A stretch of 64,000 nucleotides of DNA from an uncultured Verrucomicrobiota bacterium (GTDB lineage: Bacteria > Verrucomicrobiota > Verrucomicrobiia > Limisphaerales > AAA164-E04), in assembly GCA_964415055.1 (NCBI GenBank), contig CAYPZD010000008.1, positions 12,838-76,837 of the forward strand, written 5' to 3'. Under the pieces are notes generated by a model. That model was not told where the DNA came from. It searched no databases and saw only the letters and a list, made by a program, of their open reading frames with translations. This document shows, one piece after another, positions 20,150 through 28,146 of the stretch. A program made the position numbers and the translations under genes. Positions within the stretch are counted from its first letter, which is position 1, and the number at the start of each line of letters is the position of its first letter.

Positions 20150-21580
20150 ATGAATCCAATGAACGCCGCCATTCAACGCCGTAGTTTCCTCAATCGCTCA
20201 ACTGTCGGCATTGGTTCTCTTGCCTTGAGCCAATACCTCCAACCTTGGCAAACCGTTGGTCAAAACGCGGAAATAGGGGCCAAGCCCTGGGCAGGCATCA
20301 TTCATCCGATGCATTTGCAGCAGAAAGCCAAACGAGTGATCTACCTTTGTATGGCAGGAGGCCCGAGTCACTTGGAAACACTCGACTACAAGCCCAAGCT
20401 GGCTGAAATGGACGGCAAACCCATGCCGGAATCCATCACCCAAGGTCAACCGATTGCACAATTGCAGGGCCGAAAGCTCAACTGCCTTGGACCTCAGCAC
20501 CCATTCGAAACCTACGGACAGTCAAAACAGCAGATATGTTCCCTTTTCCCAAAGATAGGTGGTGTGGCCGATGACTTGTGCATCATCCGATCATTCCATA
20601 CCGAGCAAATCAACCACGATCCAGCCCACACTTTTATCAACACCGGTTCATCCGTATCCGGACGCCCCAGCATGGGTTCGTGGCTGCTCTACGGTTTGGG
20701 AAGCGAGACAGAAAACTTGCCCGGTTTTGTGGTTTTGACCTCGGTCGGAAAAGGTGGGCAGGCTCAACCCATCTCTTCCCGGCAATGGCACAGCGGATTT
20801 CTTCCGAGTAATTTCCAGGGAGTTCAGTTCAATGCAAATGGTGATCCGGTTCATTATGTGTCCTCGCCTCCCGGAGTCAAAAACAGCGAACAACGACGTC
20901 TTGTGGACGCCATTAATGCCCTGAATCGTGAAAAGGACAATCTGGTATCCGACCCGGAAATTGCCACTCGAATCAGCCAATACGAAATGGCTTTTCGCAT
21001 GCAGACCAGCGTTCCCGAATTGATGGAACTCAAAGATGAACCCAAACACATTCTGGACATGTATGGAGCCGAAGCAGGAGACGGCTCCTTCGCATCCAAC
21101 TGCCTTCTGGCCAGACGCCTGGCTGAACGCGGCACCCGGTTTATCCACCTCTATCACCGTGGCTGGGATCATCACGGCAATGTGAAGGGCAACATGGTCA
21201 CCACCGCCAATGAAGTGGATCAACCTACGGCAGCCCTCATTACCGACCTCAAACAAAGGGGTATGCTGGACGATACACTGGTTATTTGGGGAGGAGAATT
21301 CGGCCGCACACCCATGGCTCAAGGAAGTGGTCGCGACCATCATATCCGTGGCTTTTCCCTATTTATGGCCGGCGGAGGTATTCAAGGTGGGATGTCTTAC
21401 GGCAATACGGATGATCTGGGTTACAAAGCAGTGGACCGTCCTTTTCATGTGCATGATTTGCACGCCACAATGCTCCACCTGTTTGGTATCGACCACTTGC
21501 GGCTCACTTACCGGTTCCAGGGACGCGATTACCGCCTGACGGATATTGCCGGCAATGTCATTCACGATATCCTGGCATAA
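20150..21580 (+). CDS. DUF1501 domain protein (sulfatase-fold, Tat-exported)
   Basis: Twin-arginine signal QRRSFLNRSTVGIGSLAL, then CMAGGPSHLETLDYKP and a C-terminal GGEFGRTP...GRDHH block. This is the usual partner of PSCyt/PSD genes. Confidence 0.85.
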   Translation: MNPMNAAIQRRSFLNRSTVGIGSLALSQYLQPWQTVGQNAEIGAKPWAGIIHPMHLQQKAKRVIYLCMAGGPSHLETLDYKPKLAEMDGKPMPESITQGQPIAQLQGRKLNCLGPQHPFETYGQSKQQICSLFPKIGGVADDLCIIRSFHTEQINHDPAHTFINTGSSVSGRPSMGSWLLYGLGSETENLPGFVVLTSVGKGGQAQPISSRQWHSGFLPSNFQGVQFNANGDPVHYVSSPPGVKNSEQRRLVDAINALNREKDNLVSDPEIATRISQYEMAFRMQTSVPELMELKDEPKHILDMYGAEAGDGSFASNCLLARRLAERGTRFIHLYHRGWDHHGNVKGNMVTTANEVDQPTAALITDLKQRGMLDDTLVIWGGEFGRTPMAQGSGRDHHIRGFSLFMAGGGIQGGMSYGNTDDLGYKAVDRPFHVHDLHATMLHLFGIDHLRLTYRFQGRDYRLTDIAGNVIHDILA

Positions 21581-21616
21581 GGCCAGATCTATCCTTACAA
21601 AACTGAAAACATCATC

Positions 21617-22822
21617 ATGCGTACCTACTGGGATTTTCATTCAGCGGGAAAACTGTTGTTTGGCAACGGTGTCTTGAAACAGCTTCCCTCTGAACTAAAG
21701 CGAAACGGATACACCCGCCCCTTGATCATCACCGACCATAACCTGGTCGAGGCGGGGCTCGTGGAAAAAGTGACCCAAGCCATTGGGGATTCCGTTAAAC
21801 ACATTGAGTTGTTTGATGAGGGAGAAGCTGAACCATCACTGAATGCCGCACAACTTGCTCGTGAAACCGCAAATAACGTGACTCCCGATGTCATCATCGG
21901 ACTCGGTGGTGGCAGCAATCTGGACTTGGCCAAAATAACGGCTATCCTTCATAGTCATGAGGGTGAACCTTCCGATTATTTTGGGTTTGATCGCATACCG
22001 GGCCCGGTTACGCCGTTGATCTGCATCCCCACGACGGCCGGAACCGGCAGCGAAGTTTCACATGCTGCGGTTTTGACGGATTCCGAATCCGGGTTGAAAG
22101 TCAGCACCTTGAGCCCGTTTCTGCGCCCCAAACTGGCATTGGTGGATCCCCTGCTCACCTTAACCTGCCCCGCTAAAGTCACGGCGGAAAGTGGCATGGA
22201 TGCCTTGACTCATGCCATTGAAGCCTTCACCTGCAGGTTACCGGAGGAAATGAAGGAAGATGACGAAGCGGCCATGCCTTATCCCGGCAAGAATCCGGTT
22301 GCTGATGCATTTGCTGAAAAAGCCATTCGACTTGTGTCCAGCCACCTGGTCAATGCCGTGCGACAACCGACCGATGTGAAAGCCCGGGAAGGCATGGCAT
22401 TAGCTGCAACAATGGCGGGCCTGGCTTTTTCCAATGGAGCGGTAGCCGTTGTACATGCATTGGAGTATCCCATAGGTGTTGCCCTTCACTGTTCACACGG
22501 GCAAGGAAACGGCCTGCTGTTACCCTACGTGATGGAATTCAATAAACCGGCAAGAACCGAGGCATTTGCTTCGATAGCAAGATTTCTGGGATGTGAGCTT
22601 GAAAATGTTCCTGTTGAAGAGGCAGCGGATATGGGGATTCAAGCTGTCGTATCCCTCAAAGAAAGTGTTGGGATACCGAAAGGCATTCGGGATATAGGAG
22701 GTGCAGAGTCACAATTGGAAGGATTTGCTGACAAAGCACACCAAATAACACGTTTAATGAACATCAATCCCGTTCAACCTTCGAAAGAAGATCTCATGTC
22801 AATTCTAAGGGCTGCCTACTAA
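21617..22822 (+). CDS. iron-containing (group III) alcohol dehydrogenase
   Basis: 401-aa ORF with GLGGGSNLDLAK, IPTTAGTGSEVS and the metal-binding His blocks (DALTHAIEA, HALEYPIG...HGQGN). Confidence 0.85.
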   Translation: MRTYWDFHSAGKLLFGNGVLKQLPSELKRNGYTRPLIITDHNLVEAGLVEKVTQAIGDSVKHIELFDEGEAEPSLNAAQLARETANNVTPDVIIGLGGGSNLDLAKITAILHSHEGEPSDYFGFDRIPGPVTPLICIPTTAGTGSEVSHAAVLTDSESGLKVSTLSPFLRPKLALVDPLLTLTCPAKVTAESGMDALTHAIEAFTCRLPEEMKEDDEAAMPYPGKNPVADAFAEKAIRLVSSHLVNAVRQPTDVKAREGMALAATMAGLAFSNGAVAVVHALEYPIGVALHCSHGQGNGLLLPYVMEFNKPARTEAFASIARFLGCELENVPVEEAADMGIQAVVSLKESVGIPKGIRDIGGAESQLEGFADKAHQITRLMNINPVQPSKEDLMSILRAAY

Positions 22823-22873
22823 TCAACAAAATGCAGGAACTCCCTCATTATTAGCTAAAGAGAACCCAGATAT

Positions 22874-22889
22874 TGGCATTGATATTGCT
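22874..22889 (+). promoter_or_regulatory. candidate sigma-54 (-24/-12) promoter
   Basis: TGGCAT-TGATA-TTGCT. GG (22875-76) and GC (22887-88) have the canonical spacing, and the only mismatch to TGGCAC-N5-TTGC is one base. It sits in the spacer upstream of the VTC gene. The predicted TSS is near 22900. Confidence 0.55.
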
Positions 22890-22970
22890 TATTTTCATCG
22901 CGTTCATTATGCCGATCATAAGTTAAGAGCGGTTCGGGCAATGCCTTGCAGGGGAGATGACCGGCAACGT

Positions 22971-23000
22971 CCACCCGGATCCTGGCGTGGTTTTTCTTAT
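22971..23000 (+). terminator. terminator-like hairpin plus T-tract inside the leader of the VTC operon (possible attenuator)
   Basis: CCACCCGGATCCTGGCGTGG folds into about 7 pairs with one bulge and is followed directly by TTTTTCTTAT. It lies about 70-100 nt downstream of the predicted sigma-54 start and about 100 nt upstream of ATG 23097. Confidence 0.35.
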
Positions 23001-23096
23001 TGAAATGTGTTACAGTTGAGTGACAATGTTTTGAGGGAGCGGACGCCACAAGAGCGTCTGCCCGGAGGAAGCGTAGGGATTATCGCCAACAAGAAA

Positions 23097-23987
23097 ATGG
23101 GACAAAGGAAACTACAACAGCAAAGACACGAACTCAAATACGTAATACCTGAGCGGCATGCTCTGGCGATACGGGATTTCGTACGCTGTTATCTGGACCT
23201 GGATCCCAACGGAGCCGACGAGCCTGATTTAGCCTACCCGGTGCACAGTCTTTACATGGACTCCCCCGACATGGCTCTCTACCGCAGTACCATCAATGGC
23301 GATAAAAACCGTTTTAAATTGCGTGTTCGCTTCTATAACGAGAGTGAAGATACGCCTGTTTTTCTCGAGATTAAGCGACGGATGAATAACATTATCAGCA
23401 AAAAACGAGTAGGAATACCTCGCTCCAGCATGCCTACGGTATTAACGGGCCAGATACCTGACGTTAGCTACCTTTACAATCAATCCCCGAATTTGAATGG
23501 ATCCTCCCTGGCTGATGCCGGCATAGCAAGCAAAGAACAGGCTCTCATAGAATATGTCGACATGGTCAATCGTTTGGAAGCACAACCAGTCTCCCACGTT
23601 GCATACAGAAGGGAAGCATGGGTGCAACCCGACAGCAACAAAGTAAGGGTCACCATGGACAGGCAGGTCCGATGCGAAACAGATCCGGACGGCCGATTGA
23701 TGACTGCCATGCAAAACCCCACCTATGTATTTGGTGATTGGGTGATTCTTGAGTTGAAATTTACCGATCGTTTCCCGAACTGGTTCAGAGAGTTGGTGGA
23801 AGTGTTTAACCTGACTCAATGCGGAGCCGCAAAATATGTCGATGGGGTGACCCTAATGGGGGAAGACCAGACATCGGAGCTTGTTACCGCACACTTGGAG
23901 GCTCATCAAACCACACAATCAGCTTCCGACAATGGAAAACGAGACCACTTAAAGCGTCGAGAACAGGCTATAGCCGCCACTTTCTAA
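23097..23987 (+). CDS. VTC-domain (polyphosphate polymerase-type, triphosphate-tunnel) protein
   Basis: MGQRKLQQQRHELKYVIPE..., YPVHSLYMDSPD, RFKLRVRFY and VFLEIKRR match the bacterial VTC-domain family as I remember it. The listed ORF starts at GTG 23007; ATG 23097 is preferred. Confidence 0.75.
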   Translation: MGQRKLQQQRHELKYVIPERHALAIRDFVRCYLDLDPNGADEPDLAYPVHSLYMDSPDMALYRSTINGDKNRFKLRVRFYNESEDTPVFLEIKRRMNNIISKKRVGIPRSSMPTVLTGQIPDVSYLYNQSPNLNGSSLADAGIASKEQALIEYVDMVNRLEAQPVSHVAYRREAWVQPDSNKVRVTMDRQVRCETDPDGRLMTAMQNPTYVFGDWVILELKFTDRFPNWFRELVEVFNLTQCGAAKYVDGVTLMGEDQTSELVTAHLEAHQTTQSASDNGKRDHLKRREQAIAATF

Positions 23988-23992
23988 CACAC

Positions 23993-24676
23993 ATGGATTG
24001 GTTTCTTAACGCGGATTTCTCCACGGCACCAACGCCGTTGCATCTTACCCTTCTGGGGCTTTTGCTATCGTTCTTGTGCGGCCATGTCATTGCCTGGGTT
24101 TACATGCTGACGCACACCGGGTTATCTTACTCCCGCACATTTGTCCAGTCACTGATGATCATGCCGGTCATTGTGGCTTTGGTGATGATGGTACTTTCCA
24201 ATAATATCGTCTATGCTTTCGGACTGATGGCAGTGTTTGCCATTGTTCGATTCCGCAACATTCTCAGGGACACGCTCGACACGACTTATATTCTGGGAGT
24301 GATCGTCATCGGAATGGCCTGCGGGACCTACAAATTCCTCACGGGAACCATTGGCTGTCTGCTGATCGCCGCCATTTTAATGTATGTCTGGCTAACCGGA
24401 TTCGGCAGCCGGCAGCGTTATGACATGATTTTAAACCTGCATTGGGCGCGGGATTTGAACCATTTGGCAGAATTGGAAATCATCCTCCGCAATCACGCCC
24501 TGCGGTCTGTTTGTGCCAGCCAACGTTCACATCAGAATCTTTCCGGAACAGATCTCTCCTATCGATTGCTCTTGCGAAATCCATCTAAAATGCAGGTATT
24601 GCTGGAGGAGATAAAATCTCTGGAAGGAGTCTCTCGCGTCACCGGATTAAGAGCTGAGGAGGAATCCGAAATATGA
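23993..24676 (+). CDS. DUF4956 family integral membrane protein
   Basis: ATG 23993 lies 6 nt after the VTC stop. It has 4-5 TM segments and the family-typical block FAIVRFRNILRDTLDTTYILGVIVIGMACG, followed by a soluble C-terminal domain. Confidence 0.7.
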   Translation: MDWFLNADFSTAPTPLHLTLLGLLLSFLCGHVIAWVYMLTHTGLSYSRTFVQSLMIMPVIVALVMMVLSNNIVYAFGLMAVFAIVRFRNILRDTLDTTYILGVIVIGMACGTYKFLTGTIGCLLIAAILMYVWLTGFGSRQRYDMILNLHWARDLNHLAELEIILRNHALRSVCASQRSHQNLSGTDLSYRLLLRNPSKMQVLLEEIKSLEGVSRVTGLRAEEESEI

Positions 24677-25809
24677 GTCAAAACAACCTCAAACCTATCG
24701 CCGTTCCTGCCTGGAAACGGTGGCTGGAGTTTCGGCATCGCGTTTTGCCATCCATCATGTTTGTAGTGGTTTTGTTTTTGGTGGGGATTCTTTGGAAATC
24801 ACATCTGTCCAGTCCGTCGCTCATAGGTCAGGTGCAAGTCATGCGTTTGGACATTCGAACTCCTTCCTCTGGCACCATCACCAACCTGTCCGTGGAACTG
24901 TTTCAAAAGGTTCGTAAAGGAGACACGATCGCAAAACTGGATCCAGGAGATCCCCTCACAGCCCTCGGCTCTCAAGCACAATTACTGTTGGCAAAGAAAG
25001 AGCTGCTCCAGTTGATGAACCTTACCACTGCGGCCAATGCATTCGATATTCAACGCAATGTACTGGACAAGGAACGGTTAAGAACCGAGTTACTCCAGCA
25101 AAAAGTCAATCTCGCTTCCGCTGAAATCACACTGCAGAACCTCGAAAACGAATGGAACCGCGCCAAGGGCTTGTTTGAAGAGAAACTGCTCTCGGAAAGC
25201 GCATACGATCAGGCTGAAAAATCCTTCCTTGCAGCCAAAGCGGAAGTAAATGCCCGCAACAACTTGATCGAAGATTTGGGAAAAACCATTCAAGGCATTG
25301 AATCACTGATCGAAGGTAGCCGTGAAATTGAAGAAGCGAAATTGGAAATCGACCGTACGACGCTTCAAAGATCCATCGCCAAATTGGAACAGGAATGGAT
25401 CATCCGGGCCCCCAAGGATGGCGTCATTACTTCCATCCAAAAACGAGCGGGCGAAATGGTCGGATCATCCGACTCCATTGCAACCCTCACCCAATCCGGA
25501 ACTCGAACCATCATCGCCTATCTGCCTCAAGGTTCTGAAATCCCAATTTCAGAGGGACAAGAGGTTGAGATCAAAACACGCTCCCAGTTTGTGCGATACT
25601 GCACGGCGAAAGTGAGCAAAGTAGGCGAGAGCTATGAGTCCATGCCGGATCAACTTTCTCAATTGCAACTTTTCAAAGTGGGCGGCTTCGGTATCCCTAT
25701 CTTGATTGATCTCCCGGATGAGTTTAAATGTCTGCCAGGCGAGCTCGTCAACATCACGTTCAATAGTCAACCAGGACATTCTGAAACTGGAGCCTTGGCA
25801 GAACGCTGA
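24673..25809 (+). CDS. HlyD-family membrane fusion (periplasmic adaptor) protein
   Basis: ATGA overlap with the DUF4956 stop. It has an N-terminal TM, a lipoyl-like half (SGTITNLSVELFQKVRKGDTIAKLD), a long coiled-coil hairpin, a second lipoyl half (IIRAPKDGVITSI) and a beta-barrel tail. Confidence 0.75.
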   Translation: MSQNNLKPIAVPAWKRWLEFRHRVLPSIMFVVVLFLVGILWKSHLSSPSLIGQVQVMRLDIRTPSSGTITNLSVELFQKVRKGDTIAKLDPGDPLTALGSQAQLLLAKKELLQLMNLTTAANAFDIQRNVLDKERLRTELLQQKVNLASAEITLQNLENEWNRAKGLFEEKLLSESAYDQAEKSFLAAKAEVNARNNLIEDLGKTIQGIESLIEGSREIEEAKLEIDRTTLQRSIAKLEQEWIIRAPKDGVITSIQKRAGEMVGSSDSIATLTQSGTRTIIAYLPQGSEIPISEGQEVEIKTRSQFVRYCTAKVSKVGESYESMPDQLSQLQLFKVGGFGIPILIDLPDEFKCLPGELVNITFNSQPGHSETGALAER

Positions 25810-25830
25810 GATCCACGGCATTATCCAGGC

Positions 25831-26445
25831 ATGGCACGCATCAAAGCGCTACCAACCGAGCATTCATCCCGTTATTATCCGGGCAACTACTTCGCACCCA
25901 TGGACTGGGAACAGGTATTTGATAACACGGCCCCGGTGGAAATCGAACTCGGAGCTGGCGATGGATCTTTCCTGCTAAATTATGCCGAACAATACCCAAA
26001 ATTGAATCTTCTCGGCATCGAACGTCTTTTGGGGCGCATTCGAAAGATTGACCGAAATGCTTTCAAGGCAAACATCACAAACCTGCGCCTCCTCAGAATT
26101 GAAGCCGGTTACTTTTTGGAATACCTCCCGGTCAACCATTCGGTGCAAGCCATCCATGTTTACTTTCCGGACCCCTGGCCGAAGAAGCGCCACCACAAAA
26201 ACAGGCTGATCAATTCAACATTCGTAGACCAATGCAAACGTGTTTTGACACCTTCAGGTCACGTATACCTCAGAACGGATCATGTGGAATATTTTGAGCA
26301 AATAGTGTCTGTCTTTGGCGATTCTTCTGATTTCGAACACCTCGAAACCCCTGAACAGCTCAAATCCATCAAAACGGATTTCGAAGCTGAATTCAATCAG
26401 CAGGGAATCCAGACTCAATATGCGACTTTTCGGGTGACAGCCTAA
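25831..26445 (+). CDS. trmB: tRNA (guanine46-N7)-methyltransferase
   Basis: Blocks VEIELGAGDGSFLL, GIERL and YFPDPWPKKRHHKNRL. Confidence 0.9.
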   Translation: MARIKALPTEHSSRYYPGNYFAPMDWEQVFDNTAPVEIELGAGDGSFLLNYAEQYPKLNLLGIERLLGRIRKIDRNAFKANITNLRLLRIEAGYFLEYLPVNHSVQAIHVYFPDPWPKKRHHKNRLINSTFVDQCKRVLTPSGHVYLRTDHVEYFEQIVSVFGDSSDFEHLETPEQLKSIKTDFEAEFNQQGIQTQYATFRVTA

Positions 26446-26641
26446 TAAATACCAAGGTTCAGATACGGTTATTAACAGCCATCGCACTTACTCCAACCTG
26501 CATAACACAAAAATAGTCTTCGTAGCTACAAAGGATCGTTCCGGAAATGAGGATCCTAATCATCCATTCATTCACCAAGACTTCGTACAACATGGCGTCC
26601 ACTGGTTGAGATTCGGTTTTTTTCCAGTATATTAACGGTCT

Positions 26642-27898
26642 ATGCCCAAATCCGGATTCCAAACAACATGTTTGATTGCTTTGCTGCTGAGTTGTGGCCC
26701 CATACTGAATGCAGGGGTTGAACTGGGGAGCGACATGTTGGAACTGCTTCGATTCGAACCCTTGAAAAACAAACGCGTGGGGCTGTTGACCAATCCCAGC
26801 GGGATCAATCGAAAAGGAGTCACCACCATTGACCTGTTCCATCAGGCTCCTGAAGTGAATCTGGTCGCTCTCTTCGGAGCGGAACACGGTTTGGATGGAA
26901 AAGCCCCTGCCGGAAAAGAGGTCAGGGATGGGACCGATCCAAAGACCGGATTACCCGTCTTCTCGCTCTATGGCCCCGGACCTATCCGTAAACCCACGGA
27001 GAAAATGCTCGGGCATATTGATATCCTGGTTTACGACCTGCAGGATACAGGGGCGAGATCCTATACGTTCATCAGTTCCATGGGCATGGCCATGGATGCA
27101 TGCGGCAAAGCGGGAGTGGAATTTATGGTGCTGGACCGACCGAATCCATTGGGAGGCCTACGCGTGGAAGGTCCTCTTTTCAATCCACGGTTCCGTTCCA
27201 TGGTGGGCCAATGGCCTATTCCGTATGTTTACGGCATGACCTGCGGGGAATTGGCCAGAATGATCAATGGGATGGACATGATCGAACACCCCTGCGTGCT
27301 CTACATCGTTCCCATGAGAGGGTGGAAACGCGACATGGTTTGGAGGGATACCGGCTTGAAGTGGCGACCGACGTCCCCGCTCGTCCCGCATGCACACTCC
27401 CCTCTCTTTCAGGTTGCCATGGGCATGGTGGGAGAAATTGGAGGTCTCGATTTGGGATTCGGAACTCAGACGCCCTTCGAACTATTCGCCTCTTCGTGGT
27501 TGGATGCCCCGGCAGTCAGTAGGCACCTGAACCAATTATCACTGAATGGAACCCGATTCGAATCCACCCAAACAACCGTTGCCCGCGGGCGATACAAAGG
27601 CAAAACCATCCCCGCCGTCAAAGTACATTTCAATGACCCGGTCAATGCGCCGCTTACCCCCGTTAATCTTTATGTGATCGAAGCACTCAGACTGGTGCAA
27701 GGTAAGGATATGGTTCAAATCAAGAATGATGAAGGCAAACGATGGGGATTATTCGATAAAGTAAATGGCACCGATGCCACCCGACGCGATCTTGAAGTAG
27801 GTCGATCGGTCAAAAACATCGTCCAATCGTGGCAACAAGGACTGGATACATTTCGGGAACAGCGAAAACCCTACCTGATTTACCCTGCATCCAAGTAA
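26642..27898 (+). CDS. DUF1343 family protein (exo-beta-N-acetylmuramidase NamZ-like), probable lipoprotein
   Basis: Lipobox-like LLLSCG. Blocks KRVGLLTNPSGI, LFGAEHG and VYDLQDTGARSYTFISSM are typical of DUF1343. Confidence 0.75.
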   Translation: MPKSGFQTTCLIALLLSCGPILNAGVELGSDMLELLRFEPLKNKRVGLLTNPSGINRKGVTTIDLFHQAPEVNLVALFGAEHGLDGKAPAGKEVRDGTDPKTGLPVFSLYGPGPIRKPTEKMLGHIDILVYDLQDTGARSYTFISSMGMAMDACGKAGVEFMVLDRPNPLGGLRVEGPLFNPRFRSMVGQWPIPYVYGMTCGELARMINGMDMIEHPCVLYIVPMRGWKRDMVWRDTGLKWRPTSPLVPHAHSPLFQVAMGMVGEIGGLDLGFGTQTPFELFASSWLDAPAVSRHLNQLSLNGTRFESTQTTVARGRYKGKTIPAVKVHFNDPVNAPLTPVNLYVIEALRLVQGKDMVQIKNDEGKRWGLFDKVNGTDATRRDLEVGRSVKNIVQSWQQGLDTFREQRKPYLIYPASK

Positions 27899-28146
27899 TA
27901 ACCGAATGCTCACGCACACATAACACTGAGGTGAAAAATCAGCGGCACCTGCAACCTGAGACATCTTGGCAAATTCTTGTAAAACACCTCACACATCATT
28001 TACGGCCATTTTTCTGCGTCAATCCACCCAAATTTGCGGATGACCAAGAGCCTGGTCTTCCTTAAACAGCGGCCGAGAATTAATACGAACGAATCGTTGC
28101 ATCGAACGGTCTGATTTTGCATGCTTGTCCCCGAAGATATTTTCCC

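Noticed and set aside
27967-27980. Sigma-54-like element TGGCAA-ATTC-TTGT upstream of the PPK2 gene.
   Set aside because: The spacing is right, but the -12 element is GT instead of GC and the -24 region is weaker. It is much poorer than the 22874 site, so chance cannot be excluded.
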